This document shows positions 29,320-40,025 of a stretch of 56,504 nt of DNA, in pieces. The notes beneath the pieces are model-generated. The model had not been told where the DNA came from, ran no database searches, and was given only the letters and a program-made list of their open reading frames with translations. The position numbers and the translations under genes were made by a program. This DNA comes from Bdellovibrio sp. (GTDB lineage: Bacteria; Bdellovibrionota; Bdellovibrionia; Bdellovibrionales; Bdellovibrionaceae). Each line of letters opens with the position of its first letter. The first letter of the stretch is position 1. The stretch lies in assembly GCA_024711265.1 (NCBI GenBank), contig JANJTG010000303.1, positions 1 through 56,504 of the forward strand, read 5' to 3'.

Positions 29320-30648
29320 ATGACAAATTTCACTCAAAATCAAAAAATTACAGTTGTTGGTGCGGGGCTCGCGGGTTCTGAGTGCGCCCTCCAGCTTGCG
29401 GATCTTGGCTATCAGGTGGTTCTTTACGAAATGCGCGACAAAACCATGACGCCAGCCCACAAAACCAATAAATTCGGCGAATTGGTCTGCTCAAACTCTT
29501 TTGGCAGCCTCGGGGAACACTCCGCTCCTGGCCAGTTGAAATGGGAAGCGAAAAAACTTGGATCTCATATTCTCGAAGCGGCTTTTCAGGCTCAAGTTCC
29601 TGCCGGGCAAGCCTTGGGAATGGACCGCGAAGTTTTCTCCGCTCTGATCACAGAGAAAATTAAAAATCATCCTCGCATCGAAATCCGCAACGACCTGGTG
29701 ACGTCTTTGAGTGAATTGCCTCGTCCTGCCGTCATCGCCACTGGGCCCCTTACTCACGAAGCTTTAGCTGAAGACATGCGGAAGCATTTCGGCGATGAGT
29801 TTCTATATTTCTTTGATGCGATCGCACCGATCATCGACGCGGACTCCATCAACACGGAAATCGCGTGGAAAGCAGATCGCTATGACAAGGGCACGGGGGA
29901 CTATTACAACTGCCCTCTGAATAAAGAGGAATACACTCGTTTTATCGAAGAGGTTCAAAACGCACGCAAAATTGAACCCAAACATTTTGAGACGACAGAC
30001 TTTTTCGAAGGTTGTATGCCGATTGAGGTGATGGTCGAAAGAGGCCCGCAAACTTTACGTTTCGGTCCGATGAAACCCATTGGTTTGGACAACCCCAAAA
30101 CTGGGCGCTATCCCTACGCGGTCGTTCAACTTCGCCAAGACAACAAAGAAGGCACCGCTTACAACATGGTGGGTTTTCAAACCCGTATGGCTTACGGAGA
30201 ACAAATGCGCGTCTTCCGCATGATTCCGGGACTAGAAAATGCTGAGTTCCTAAAGCTCGGCAGTATTCATCGCAATCTCTTTATTAACTCTCCCAAACGA
30301 TTGAATCAGGATCTTTCCAGCAAGAACGATCCATGGCTCTTCTTCGCGGGACAAATCACGGGCGTCGAAGGTTATTTTGAATCCACCTGTACGGGACTTC
30401 TGGTTTCTCGTTTTCTGCATCAGAAACTGCAAGACCGACCTTTCAGCCGTCCTCCACGCGTGAGCGCTTTGGGTTCTTTGCTGGAAGCAATCACAGATCC
30501 CACTCGGGCTGAACACTTTCAGCCGACCAATATCAATTTTGGACTGTTACCACCACTGCCCGAAAAAGAGCGCGACAAGGAAGTGCGCAAACAAAAACAA
30601 ATCGCTTTAGCAAAAGCTGCCATCGAAGAGTGGCAGACTTCACTTTAA
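29320..30648 (+). CDS. trmFO: Folate/FAD-dependent tRNA (uracil-54) methyltransferase
   Basis: [52 protein letters not shown]. Confidence 0.95.
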   Translation: MTNFTQNQKITVVGAGLAGSECALQLADLGYQVVLYEMRDKTMTPAHKTNKFGELVCSNSFGSLGEHSAPGQLKWEAKKLGSHILEAAFQAQVPAGQALGMDREVFSALITEKIKNHPRIEIRNDLVTSLSELPRPAVIATGPLTHEALAEDMRKHFGDEFLYFFDAIAPIIDADSINTEIAWKADRYDKGTGDYYNCPLNKEEYTRFIEEVQNARKIEPKHFETTDFFEGCMPIEVMVERGPQTLRFGPMKPIGLDNPKTGRYPYAVVQLRQDNKEGTAYNMVGFQTRMAYGEQMRVFRMIPGLENAEFLKLGSIHRNLFINSPKRLNQDLSSKNDPWLFFAGQITGVEGYFESTCTGLLVSRFLHQKLQDRPFSRPPRVSALGSLLEAITDPTRAEHFQPTNINFGLLPPLPEKERDKEVRKQKQIALAKAAIEEWQTSL

Positions 30649-31262
30649 GTTGAAAAAGTCTCTTCGCGCTTCAGCTTCCAATCCAACGTAGGTTGGTCGA
30701 CCTCTGGTTTGAAATGCTGACGGCAACGAGCTTCATAGGCATCATGAGTCCCCACAAGGACCTGACCATCTCCACCGGCCGTTCTCTGAGTTCGGCTGGC
30801 GGGAGATCCGCAAACCACACAGACCGCATGTTGTTTGGTCACACTTTCAGCGATCGCCATCAACGTCGGCATCGGCTCAAAAGGTTTCCCCTGCCAATCC
30901 GTATCCAGCCCCGCAATGATCACACGCAATCCACGATCCGCCAGATCCTGAACGACTTTCACTAAATTTTGATCAAAAAACTGCCCCTCATCAATACCAA
31001 CCACTTTGGTCCCTGGCTGCAGATGCGCCCAAATTTCTTCGGCATCATTGATGGGCAAAGAGCTGATGGTCGTCAAATCGTGAGAAGTCACGGCCATCTC
31101 ATTATAACGTTTATCAATGATCGGTTTAAAAACCTGAATCTTGAGGCGAGCAAATTCAGCCCGGCGAAGTCGCCGAATCAGCTCCTCCGTCTTTCCGCTA
31201 AACATGGACCCGACAACAACTTCAATCCAACCACGACTGTGAACATAAGAAAACTCAGACAC
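30645..31262 (-). CDS. tdk: Thymidine kinase
   Basis: [28 protein letters not shown]...YEARCRQH; GTG31262 with GGAGG SD. Confidence 0.95.
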   Translation of the reverse strand: MSEFSYVHSRGWIEVVVGSMFSGKTEELIRRLRRAEFARLKIQVFKPIIDKRYNEMAVTSHDLTTISSLPINDAEEIWAHLQPGTKVVGIDEGQFFDQNLVKVVQDLADRGLRVIIAGLDTDWQGKPFEPMPTLMAIAESVTKQHAVCVVCGSPASRTQRTAGGDGQVLVGTHDAYEARCRQHFKPEVDQPTLDWKLKREETFST

Positions 31263-31555
31263 TAAACCCCTCCAGTGACTGCATTTGACAAGCCCACGAT
31301 CGGGGAATCGCGAAAAAGTGTCAACCAAGGACCCTGGAAGAGCCCATCTCTTCATTTTCTTAAGATTTGCGTCAGAATTATGAACCCTTTCCCAGGTTCC
31401 TGACGCCGACCTGTAACCTCAGTGCGATGCTGAATTTTTTTCTAAAACGGAGACGATTTTCTGCACAAACCGTTTCATTTTCACATTTTTAAGGCATTCC
31501 AGGGTGGTTATTGCTTGCCCTGGCGCCGTGCCATCAGATACCTAGGCCAGACGTT

Positions 31556-32935
31556 ATGGGTAAGATTTTAAGATTTCGACAGAAATTAACCAAAGCCTTC
31601 CTAGTGGGGACTTTGGGAGTCACAACCATCGCCATGAATGGCTGTGACTCTATTTACTGGGATGAACAAGCGAGTCTCGCGAAAGTTCAATCCAAGGGCG
31701 AAATCGTTGTCCTGACGACACAAAGCCCTCTTATATATAGTCAGCCGAAAAAGGGGGACGCGTTTGGGATTGACCACGACCTCCTACAAAGCTTCTCGGA
31801 TCACTATCACCTCAAAATAAGGTACGTGGTTCTTCCCGATGAAGACTCAGTTTTAAGGGCTCTCTCAAAAGGGGAAGGGGATGTGGCGGCGGCCCGCCTG
31901 AGAACTCCTCGCAAAAATACCGGCTTTTTAATAAGCCCCGCCTATGAAGAGACTTACCTCAGCCTTTATTGCGATAAAAAGGCTCAAGTTCAAAACATCA
32001 AAGACCTCCACGGCAAAAAGATTTCTCTCCTTAATAAAGACAACTACCTCGGCCTTTCTCAACGCCTCAATCAGCTTTCACCCCAGATTCAAGTTGAGAT
32101 TCTTGAAAACACCAAAACTCAAGACCTGATCGCCTCTGTTGCACAGAAAAAATATGACTGTGTCATTGCTGAAAACTTCAGTGGCGACTTCTACAGCCGC
32201 TATCACACTCAAATAGAAAAGGTGACGACTCTCACCGAACCCTATTCTATAAGTTGGCTTCTCAACCCTGACAGTCAGGATCTTTTACTGCTGATGCAAT
32301 CTTGGTATCAGCAAGCGTCTCGCCAAGACGAGATCATGCGCGCATTGGATCGTTATAAGACTTACTTAGCTCAACTAGATAAGCGCGACATCTCAAGATT
32401 CTTTAAAAAGATCCGCACGACTTTACCGACCTATAAACAAGCTTTCAAAGAAGCCGCCGAAGAGCATGGTCTTCCTTGGCAACTGGTGGCTTCCGTTGCC
32501 TATCAAGAATCTCATTGGAATCCTGACGCCCGCAGCTTCACGGGAGTTCGCGGCCTCATGCAACTGACGACGGACACGGCAGATCACGTGGGCATCGAAG
32601 ACCGCACAGATCCTTTACAAAGTATTTGGGGCGGTTCGAAATACCTTCGTTATCTCTTGGATAAAACTCCAACTCATCTCAATCCCAAAGATCGTCTGGC
32701 ATTGGCTTTGGCCGCCTACAACATCGGCTATGCTCATTTGCGTGATGCTCAAAAATTGGCCGAGCGCATGGGACGCAATCCTCATTCGTGGAGACACCTT
32801 CGCGAAGTTCTGCCTTTGCTTGCCAATCCAGATTATGCTGCGGAACTGGAATATGGTCCCGCTCGAGGCTATGAAACTGTCGACTTTGTAGAACGCGTAA
32901 AGTCCTTCTACAATCTTATGAATTCTGCAGGATGA
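31556..32935 (+). CDS. mltF: Membrane-bound lytic murein transglycosylase F
   Basis: SBP-like N-domain plus SLT domain (AYQESHWNP, GVRGLMQLT, AYNIG, YGPARGYE). Confidence 0.88.
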   Translation: MGKILRFRQKLTKAFLVGTLGVTTIAMNGCDSIYWDEQASLAKVQSKGEIVVLTTQSPLIYSQPKKGDAFGIDHDLLQSFSDHYHLKIRYVVLPDEDSVLRALSKGEGDVAAARLRTPRKNTGFLISPAYEETYLSLYCDKKAQVQNIKDLHGKKISLLNKDNYLGLSQRLNQLSPQIQVEILENTKTQDLIASVAQKKYDCVIAENFSGDFYSRYHTQIEKVTTLTEPYSISWLLNPDSQDLLLLMQSWYQQASRQDEIMRALDRYKTYLAQLDKRDISRFFKKIRTTLPTYKQAFKEAAEEHGLPWQLVASVAYQESHWNPDARSFTGVRGLMQLTTDTADHVGIEDRTDPLQSIWGGSKYLRYLLDKTPTHLNPKDRLALALAAYNIGYAHLRDAQKLAERMGRNPHSWRHLREVLPLLANPDYAAELEYGPARGYETVDFVERVKSFYNLMNSAG

Positions 32936-33426
32936 AAATAAAAAGAATTGCGAGTTTTCTAAGCTTGCTCTGCATGGGGCTCTTGGCTGGTCATTCCGTG
33001 GCCATGTATTTCCTTATTGCCCCTGGAATGCTGGGACTTTCCGCCAAAGCCTTCGTCGAAGTGAACACCATTGCCGAACCACTTTTCGAAAAAAGCGTTC
33101 CCCTGTTGTTTCTTGTCGTCTTTGTAAGCCTGATGACCTGGATGATTTCTATCTATAAGAATTGGAAAAGTGCTGAGTTCATTCACTTGAGTTTTGCCCT
33201 GCTCTGCTTTGTGGATCAACTCTATGTCACTTATCGGGCAAGCATGCCCTTAAATATCATCATGACATCGTGGAAGAAAACCCACGATCTGCCCCCTCAA
33301 TGGCTGACCTTGAGAGAAGAGTGGGCCTCTATTATGAGCTACCATCTGGCTTTGAGCCTTACGGCGTTCGTCTTGTTGATTCTGGCTCAACATCAACAGC
33401 TAAAAAAGCCCTTATCCAATTCATAG
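32932..33426 (+). CDS. Four-helix membrane protein (DUF1772/anthrone-oxygenase-like)
   Basis: Four hydrophobic helices; PLN...W...P.QW..LREEW pattern. Confidence 0.6.
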   Translation: MKIKRIASFLSLLCMGLLAGHSVAMYFLIAPGMLGLSAKAFVEVNTIAEPLFEKSVPLLFLVVFVSLMTWMISIYKNWKSAEFIHLSFALLCFVDQLYVTYRASMPLNIIMTSWKKTHDLPPQWLTLREEWASIMSYHLALSLTAFVLLILAQHQQLKKPLSNS

Positions 33427-33440
33427 AATAAGGGCGCTTT
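33402..33440. terminator. Probable terminator between convergent DUF1772-like gene and glmS
   Basis: GCCCTTAT...ATAAGGGC stem with preceding A-tract (T-tract on minus strand). Confidence 0.55.
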
Positions 33441-33455
33441 GATTCATTTTTTAAA

Positions 33456-35342
33456 TTATTCAACTGTGACTGATTTGGCCAGATTGCGTGGTTGATCCAC
33501 GTCGTAACCCAAATTACACGCAAGATGGTAAGACATCAGTTGCAAAGGAATCACCGTCAAGATCGAGTTCGTGGTCCAATGTGCCTTCGGAATCGATAAG
33601 TAGTACTCACTGATCTCGCGAAGTTTTTCATTTTCACCCGTTCCGATAGAGATCACCTTTCCACCCCGGGCCCGAGCCTCTTCCAGATTGCTGATCGTCT
33701 TTTCGTAAAGGTGATCTGTCGGAGCCACCATCACGATAGCCATCCGTTCGTCAATCAATGCCAAAGGACCGTGCTTCATTTCACCCGCGGCATAACCTTC
33801 AGCATGCATGTAAGCCAGTTCTTTCAGCTTCAAAGCCCCTTCCATCGCGATCGGGAAGCTGGTCCCCCGCCCCATGTATAAGAAACCTCGGAAGAGTTTA
33901 AGTTTTGAAGCAGCTTCTTCAAAATACTTGTCGTAAGCTAAAACACCTTCCATCTGACTAGGAACCGCCAATAGGGATTTCACCAGGTCTTTTTCCGTCG
34001 CCTCATCCATCACACCGCGCGTGCGTGCCAAAGCAATAGCCAGACAGTTCAGAACCGCCATGGTGCTTGTGAAGGCCTTCGTTGAAGCCACACCGATCTC
34101 AGGACCCGAGTTCATATAAAGATGACCATGGGCTTCGCGGTCAATTGTAGAGCTGCGCACGTTGCAGATACTCAGCGTTTTGGCGCCCAGTTCCTTGGCC
34201 ATGCGAATCGCTGCCAGAGTGTCCGCCGTCTCACCACTTTGAGAAATCGTGATCACCAAGGACTTTGGCGGAATCACCGGATTGCGATAACGGAACTCAC
34301 TGGCGATATCCACCTCTACAGGAACTTTCGCCAATTGTTCGATCAAATATTTTCCCACCATGCCCGCATAGTTACTGGTTCCACAGGCAATGATGAATAC
34401 TCGCTCGATTCCCTTGAATACTTCTTGGGTTTTCGCCCAGTCCGCTTTGTGATCTAACTCTTCCAGTTTTTGCACGGGTTGGCCGCCAAAACCGACGTTC
34501 TTTAAAGCGACAGAGAAGTTTTCAGGATTGACGTGAGGTTCAATGGCTGCCGCCACCGCACGTGGCTGCTCGTAAATTTCTTTGAGCATATAGTGTGCGT
34601 AACCTTGTTTTTCCACCATCTCAGGATTCCAGTTCAGCTCTACAACTTTCTTTTGAATAGGGAAGCCATTGGCTGAGAAGAAATTAACATCTACACCTTT
34701 GATGGAAGCCACTTCGCGATCTTCCAGATACACGAATTTTTTTGTGTACTGAATCAACGCTTGAACGTCGCTGGCCACAAAAACTTCTTTTTCACCCAGA
34801 CCTACAACCAAAGGAGGACCGTCTTTGAAGGCGACCAAACGGTCCGGCTCTTGCTCCCACATCACAAGGATCGAGAAGGCCCCGCGAATTTTATCCAAAA
34901 CGCTTTCAACGGCTTTGAATAAATCTTGAGTCACTTCCACCTCATTGGCGATCAAATGCGCCACCAATTCCGAGTCCGTGTCGGAGGTGATCTCTGCACC
35001 TTGAGAAAGAAGTTCTTCTCGAATATCCAAATAGTTTTCAATGATCCCATTATGCACTAGATTGATTCCGCGCACTTGGTGAGGATGGGCATTTCTTTCA
35101 GACGGTTTTCCGTGAGTCGCCCAACGAGTGTGACCGATGCCGATGTGACCATCAAACTTTTCGTTCACCAGTTTATCTTCAAGAGCCTTCAATTTCCCTT
35201 GAGCACGAACGCGCTTGGTTTTTCCTTGATCCAAGATGGCGACACCGGCGCTATCATAACCACGGTATTCCAATTTCTTAAGGCCGTTAACGATAATATC
35301 TTTAGGATTCTGTGGGCCTAAATATCCTACAATTCCGCACAT
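33456..35342 (-). CDS. glmS: Glutamine--fructose-6-phosphate transaminase
   Basis: MCGIVG, LEYRGYDSAG, GHTRWATHG, SQSGETADT, PRNLAKSVTVE. Confidence 0.98.
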   Translation of the reverse strand: MCGIVGYLGPQNPKDIIVNGLKKLEYRGYDSAGVAILDQGKTKRVRAQGKLKALEDKLVNEKFDGHIGIGHTRWATHGKPSERNAHPHQVRGINLVHNGIIENYLDIREELLSQGAEITSDTDSELVAHLIANEVEVTQDLFKAVESVLDKIRGAFSILVMWEQEPDRLVAFKDGPPLVVGLGEKEVFVASDVQALIQYTKKFVYLEDREVASIKGVDVNFFSANGFPIQKKVVELNWNPEMVEKQGYAHYMLKEIYEQPRAVAAAIEPHVNPENFSVALKNVGFGGQPVQKLEELDHKADWAKTQEVFKGIERVFIIACGTSNYAGMVGKYLIEQLAKVPVEVDIASEFRYRNPVIPPKSLVITISQSGETADTLAAIRMAKELGAKTLSICNVRSSTIDREAHGHLYMNSGPEIGVASTKAFTSTMAVLNCLAIALARTRGVMDEATEKDLVKSLLAVPSQMEGVLAYDKYFEEAASKLKLFRGFLYMGRGTSFPIAMEGALKLKELAYMHAEGYAAGEMKHGPLALIDERMAIVMVAPTDHLYEKTISNLEEARARGGKVISIGTGENEKLREISEYYLSIPKAHWTTNSILTVIPLQLMSYHLACNLGYDVDQPRNLAKSVTVE

Positions 35343-35349
35343 AACTCAC

Positions 35350-36744
35350 CTACTCTTTTGTCTCTGGCTCATGGGCCTTAGGGGCGTAGTTTTCTTTAAT
35401 AAACTGCTTCCCGCGAGCCACCGCCAAAGCTTTTGCTGGTACATTCTTCGTAATCGTCGAACCGGAACCGATGATGGCATCATCACCGACTTCGATGGGA
35501 GCCACAAACTGCGTGTCACTTCCCACGAAAACACGGTTGCCGATTTTGGTCTTATATTTCTTTCTGTCCGCAGCGTAGTTGCAAGTTATAGTTCCGCAAC
35601 CTACGTTCACTTCCTCTCCAATCTCGGCGTCGCCAAGATATGTCAAATGACCGGCTTTGGATTTCTTTCCGAATTTCACTTTTTTCATCTCAACGAAGTT
35701 GCCGACGTGGGCTTCTTCAAAGATCTCAGTTTCAGGGCGCAGACGGGCATAAGGGCCCACGGAAACTTTATTGTGCAGCTTGGAGGACTCAAGATAACTT
35801 CCACCACGCACCTGGACACTGTCGCCAATCTCCGAATCCGAGATGAAACTATTGGATTCTATCACGGTGAAAGAACCGATCTTTGATCGCCCGCGAATAA
35901 AAACATTTGGATAAATCACAGACCCCGCGCCGATCTCCACACCTTCTTCCACATAAACAGTGCGAGGGTCGATCATCAAAACGCCCTCTTCCATCAAACG
36001 TAAGGCCTTGCGTTTGAAAAGCAAACGCGTGGCTTTGGCAAGCTCCACTTGGTTGTTCACGCCCACCGCCACTTTCGGAGTGGATTTGATCGCCTGCACG
36101 CGGCACTTGTCTTGAATACATAAAGAAATCAAGTCCGTGATGTAAAACTCTTTCTTGGCGTTGTTATTCTGAATCTTCGGCAAATACTCGGATAAGATGG
36201 ACGCCTTAACGACATAAATGCCCGTATTGATCTCGTTGATCTTCAAGGCCTCGGCGGAAGCATCCTTGGCTTCCACAATCGCCATAAGATCCCCTTTGTG
36301 GCGCACGATCCGCCCGAACTCCCCTGGGTTTTTCACGACCGCGGTGACCACGGCGAGATCGCATTTTTCATCACGGAAAATGCGCAGAAAGTCTTTGATA
36401 TCTGAAGCCTCGATCAGAGGATGATCGCCATTCATGATCACAACATCCCCTTCGATAGTTTCAGGCTTCGCACAACGAACCGCGTGAGCCGTCCCCAACT
36501 GTTCGTCTTGAACGTAACAAGCCACGCCCATGGGCTCAACCACTTGTCGAACCAGATTCTGGCCATGACCGACAATCACACGCACTTCGGAGGCCCCCGC
36601 CTGTTTCGAAGCTTGAATCACTTTTTCAATCATGGGGCGACCCGCCACGGGATGTAAAACTTTAGGAAGAGGCGACTTCATACGAGTCCCCTTCCCTGCG
36701 GCAAGAGCGATCACCGTCAATTTCTCAGATGCATTTGCAGACAT
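35350..36744 (-). CDS. glmU: Bifunctional UDP-GlcNAc pyrophosphorylase/GlcN-1-P acetyltransferase
   Basis: LAAGKGTRMKS, QLGTAHAV, EINTG, GNFVEMK, HLTYLGD, hexapeptide repeats. Confidence 0.97.
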   Translation of the reverse strand: MSANASEKLTVIALAAGKGTRMKSPLPKVLHPVAGRPMIEKVIQASKQAGASEVRVIVGHGQNLVRQVVEPMGVACYVQDEQLGTAHAVRCAKPETIEGDVVIMNGDHPLIEASDIKDFLRIFRDEKCDLAVVTAVVKNPGEFGRIVRHKGDLMAIVEAKDASAEALKINEINTGIYVVKASILSEYLPKIQNNNAKKEFYITDLISLCIQDKCRVQAIKSTPKVAVGVNNQVELAKATRLLFKRKALRLMEEGVLMIDPRTVYVEEGVEIGAGSVIYPNVFIRGRSKIGSFTVIESNSFISDSEIGDSVQVRGGSYLESSKLHNKVSVGPYARLRPETEIFEEAHVGNFVEMKKVKFGKKSKAGHLTYLGDAEIGEEVNVGCGTITCNYAADRKKYKTKIGNRVFVGSDTQFVAPIEVGDDAIIGSGSTITKNVPAKALAVARGKQFIKENYAPKAHEPETKE

Positions 36745-36801
36745 TTATGATCTTCCTTTTAAAAGCTTTTCTTCTCTGAAAAAAACAGGCTTAATTATCT
36801 C

Positions 36802-37497
36802 ATGCAAGGAAAAATTTTTCATCAAACTTCTTGGGCTTCGACTGCACGGGGCACCCCCATTGAGTTGTATAAAAAATCACACACTCTCAGTGACTTTTCG
36901 GAGCGCCCTCTGCTTTTCATCGGTGGCGTTCATGGAGACGAACCCGAGGGCGTTCGTCTGGCCGAAGAACTGTTGCGCTGGTTGCAGCAAGAAGAACCCC
37001 TCAGAAGTGAGAAAATTCGTCCTTGGATTCTCATTCCCTGTATCAATCCCGATGGATACTCTCAAAACCAGCGCACCAATGCTCAAGGTGTCGACCTGAA
37101 TCGGAACTTTCCTTGTCGCGATTGGAGCCCGGAAGCCAAAGCGCCTCGATACTACCCTGGTCCTTCGCCCGGAAGCGAGAGGGAAGTTCAGGCCTTGGTA
37201 AAACTCATTGAGGACGAAAAGCCACAGCTCATAGTACACTTTCATTCGTGGGAGCCTTGCGTTGTTTATACCGGTCTTCCCGGAAAACAGGCGGCCGAGG
37301 TTCTGGCCACCGGCACGGGATATGAAGCCCGAGAAGACATCGGATACCCAACCCCGGGGAGCTTGGGGCAGTACGGATGGATGGAACATCAAATCCCCGT
37401 TGTGTGCATTGAAGAGCAAGAGCACATCGACTTGAACCTGGTCTGGCCTCACTTTAAAACAGGTTTAGAGATGTTGCTTACAGGAAGAACACGTTGA
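36802..37497 (+). CDS. mpaA: M14 zinc carboxypeptidase, murein peptide amidase A-like
   Basis: GGVHGDE, NPDG, RTNAQGVDLNRNF, HFHS, IGYPTPGSLG. Confidence 0.78.
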   Translation: MQGKIFHQTSWASTARGTPIELYKKSHTLSDFSERPLLFIGGVHGDEPEGVRLAEELLRWLQQEEPLRSEKIRPWILIPCINPDGYSQNQRTNAQGVDLNRNFPCRDWSPEAKAPRYYPGPSPGSEREVQALVKLIEDEKPQLIVHFHSWEPCVVYTGLPGKQAAEVLATGTGYEAREDIGYPTPGSLGQYGWMEHQIPVVCIEEQEHIDLNLVWPHFKTGLEMLLTGRTR

Positions 37498-38181
37498 ATG
37501 GCGAAATATAAATCAATCTCTTTTGATTTGGATGACACCCTTTTGGACACCTCGGGGCTTCTCGTTCCGATGGCTGCGCGCCGTGCCTGCGAAGCCATGC
37601 TGGCCGCCGGACTTCGCTGCGATCTTCAAGAGTGCTTGAACCTCAGGCAAGAGCTCGCCTCCCACTACTCTCATACTGAAATCTTCACTCAGATCGTCAA
37701 TCGGTATGGAACAAATCAGAAGGGAAAAGCCATCCACGATGCCTTGGAGGAGTTCTACAATCCCCAAGTCCCCGAGTCCCTGCCTTTACTTCCTGGCTCC
37801 CTAGAAAACATTGAGAAACTCAAAGGGTCTTATAACTTGTATCTGGTGACGATGGGTTCTTATGAATCTCAAGTCAAAAAAATCAAAGCTTTAAAGATCG
37901 AACATCTTTTCAAAAAAATTTATATCTTAAATGGCTTTATTGGCGAGAAAAAAGATTCCGCCTTTCGTGACATCTTAAGATCCGAAGGGCATCACCCCCA
38001 TGAACTCCTGAGTGTCGGCAATCGCCTTTCCAGTGAAATTCGCGACGGAAAGCGTGTTGGCGCTGACACCTGCTACTTCGCTTATGGCGAACATATCGGC
38101 GAAAAACCGCAATACCCGGAAGATCATCCCGACTACACCATTACAAATCACAAGGATCTGATCCCGACATGCGGACTTTAA
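37498..38181 (+). CDS. HAD-superfamily hydrolase
   Basis: FDLDDTL motif I; LVT motif II; variant motif IV VGNRLSSEI. Confidence 0.85.
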   Translation: MAKYKSISFDLDDTLLDTSGLLVPMAARRACEAMLAAGLRCDLQECLNLRQELASHYSHTEIFTQIVNRYGTNQKGKAIHDALEEFYNPQVPESLPLLPGSLENIEKLKGSYNLYLVTMGSYESQVKKIKALKIEHLFKKIYILNGFIGEKKDSAFRDILRSEGHHPHELLSVGNRLSSEIRDGKRVGADTCYFAYGEHIGEKPQYPEDHPDYTITNHKDLIPTCGL

Positions 38182-40025
38182 AAGCCAGCTTCCTTTTAAT
38201 AGGACCCTGGGAGCCTCGGCTGCAAGAGCTGGGGGCGCATATCGCCACTGATCTTCAGCAAGCTTGGCATTGGATTCAAGATTCCACCTATGATGTGGTC
38301 GCTCTGTCTGTGACCTTGATATTGGGAAAAAGATTTCCGGAGTTCTACGAGGAAATCAAACGCTCCTCCCCCGCGACTCAGTTTATCGCCGTCGTGCCCG
38401 AAGATTTTTCCGCACATCAGATGGCTTACCTTCATGAAGAATTCGCCTTTTCCCGAGTGATGACCAGTTTTCAAGATGCCGATCTTGAAAATCATCTCTT
38501 TTCAGCTCTGGAAGAGGCCAATCAACGTAAGCAAGATGAAAACTTGGCGTTACTGATTCGCGACCAGACGGCTCAATTGAAACGACTGCAAATCGAATTG
38601 GAAGAACGTGTTCAACGAAGAACGAAGTTTCTAACGGAGGCGCGACGGAAGCTGTTTTTAACGAACTCGCGCATCGAAGGCTTTAAGCGCGCCTTGATGG
38701 CCGTACACCAAGCCAGCTCCGTGGTCGAGATCGAACAACTTCTGAATGAGTCCATGGCGGCCACCGTTCAAACCTCTTGGATTCGCCTCTTCTTTCATCC
38801 TCAAGATGAACTCTTTGCTCGGCAGGTGCAGACGCAGTTGGATTTTACACAACTGCAAGTCCCCCTTTTTAGACATCACGAAAAGGTCGGATCCATTTTC
38901 TTTTTGCGCGCTCCGGATCATCCCTTCACTCGCGAAGAAAGTGACTTTTTAACTCGCGTGGCCGAGGCCGTGGCCTTAGCTTTGGATCGAATCCAAAAAT
39001 TGAAAGAATCCGAAGCCCTCAAAGAACAATGGGAGGCGACTTTCAACTCGATGTCGGACCCCGTTGTTTTGATTGATACGAACTATGATATCATTCAATC
39101 TAACAAAGCTTTGGATGAGCGTCTGCGTGAACAAGAAAAAGAACAGACCTCGCGCAAGTGTTACAAGGTTCTATTCAATCGTGATGAACCTTGCCCCGGC
39201 TGCCAGCGCGGAAGCAACTTCCGTGTGCAGTCCCCAGGCGCTTCCGCGCGCAGTTTTGAAGTGTACAGCCAAAGTTTGGTCTTGGACTCAGACAAACCCG
39301 CCGTCTTCGTAAATCTTTATCACGACATCACTCAACAACTCAAAATGGAACGACAGATCCTGGAATCCGCAAAGATGGCAGAGCTGGGAACGATCGGCTC
39401 CAGTATCGCTCACGAATTGAACAACCCTCTGGGCGGCATTTTGTCCTTCACTCAACTTATCAAGATGGACATGAGCCCCGAAAATCCACTTTATCCCGAC
39501 ATCGTCGAGATGGAGGCGGGCGTACAAAGATGCAAAGAGATCGTGCAAAATCTTTTGGGCTTTACTCGCAATCCCAACGCCGATCAAGTGGGAGTGGTCC
39601 ATCTTAAAGAAGCGTGTTTGCGTGCCCTGAAAATTGTGGAGCTACAAACGAAGTCCCAAGGTATTGACGTGCGTTTGCATTTCCCTGGGGATGATATCAC
39701 GACCTTGGGGCATTTGAATCTTTTGGCTCAAGGCCTGAAGAATGTCCTCCAAAACGCCATTGATCATGTAACAGATCGGGCTCGCCACGAAAAAGGGTTC
39801 CGAGGAACTTTGGATATTGAAATCACCGGAACAATCTCTGAGGCCACGATTCTCATCACTGACAACGGAACTCCAGAAAAGAATCCCCATCTTCCGATAG
39901 GTCTGGGTCTTTCCGTGGCTTCACAAATCTTGCGTGACCATGAAGCGACTTTGGAACTTTCTCTCGGTCCCCATCAGGAAAACAAAGCCAAGATTTTATT
40001 TCATCGTCCCCGCGAAACTAATTAG
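38169..40025 (+). CDS. Cytoplasmic histidine-kinase-like protein (degenerate REC-like, GAF-like, PAS, HisKA, shortened HATPase)
   Basis: WEATFNSMSDPV PAS start with CY...PCPGC; AHELNNPL; NVLQNA; DNGTP...GLGL with very short lid. Confidence 0.8.
   Translation: MRTLKASFLLIGPWEPRLQELGAHIATDLQQAWHWIQDSTYDVVALSVTLILGKRFPEFYEEIKRSSPATQFIAVVPEDFSAHQMAYLHEEFAFSRVMTSFQDADLENHLFSALEEANQRKQDENLALLIRDQTAQLKRLQIELEERVQRRTKFLTEARRKLFLTNSRIEGFKRALMAVHQASSVVEIEQLLNESMAATVQTSWIRLFFHPQDELFARQVQTQLDFTQLQVPLFRHHEKVGSIFFLRAPDHPFTREESDFLTRVAEAVALALDRIQKLKESEALKEQWEATFNSMSDPVVLIDTNYDIIQSNKALDERLREQEKEQTSRKCYKVLFNRDEPCPGCQRGSNFRVQSPGASARSFEVYSQSLVLDSDKPAVFVNLYHDITQQLKMERQILESAKMAELGTIGSSIAHELNNPLGGILSFTQLIKMDMSPENPLYPDIVEMEAGVQRCKEIVQNLLGFTRNPNADQVGVVHLKEACLRALKIVELQTKSQGIDVRLHFPGDDITTLGHLNLLAQGLKNVLQNAIDHVTDRARHEKGFRGTLDIEITGTISEATILITDNGTPEKNPHLPIGLGLSVASQILRDHEATLELSLGPHQENKAKILFHRPRETN

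Noticed and set aside
35343-35349. glmS ribozyme
   Set aside because: Only 7 bp separate glmU and glmS; no room
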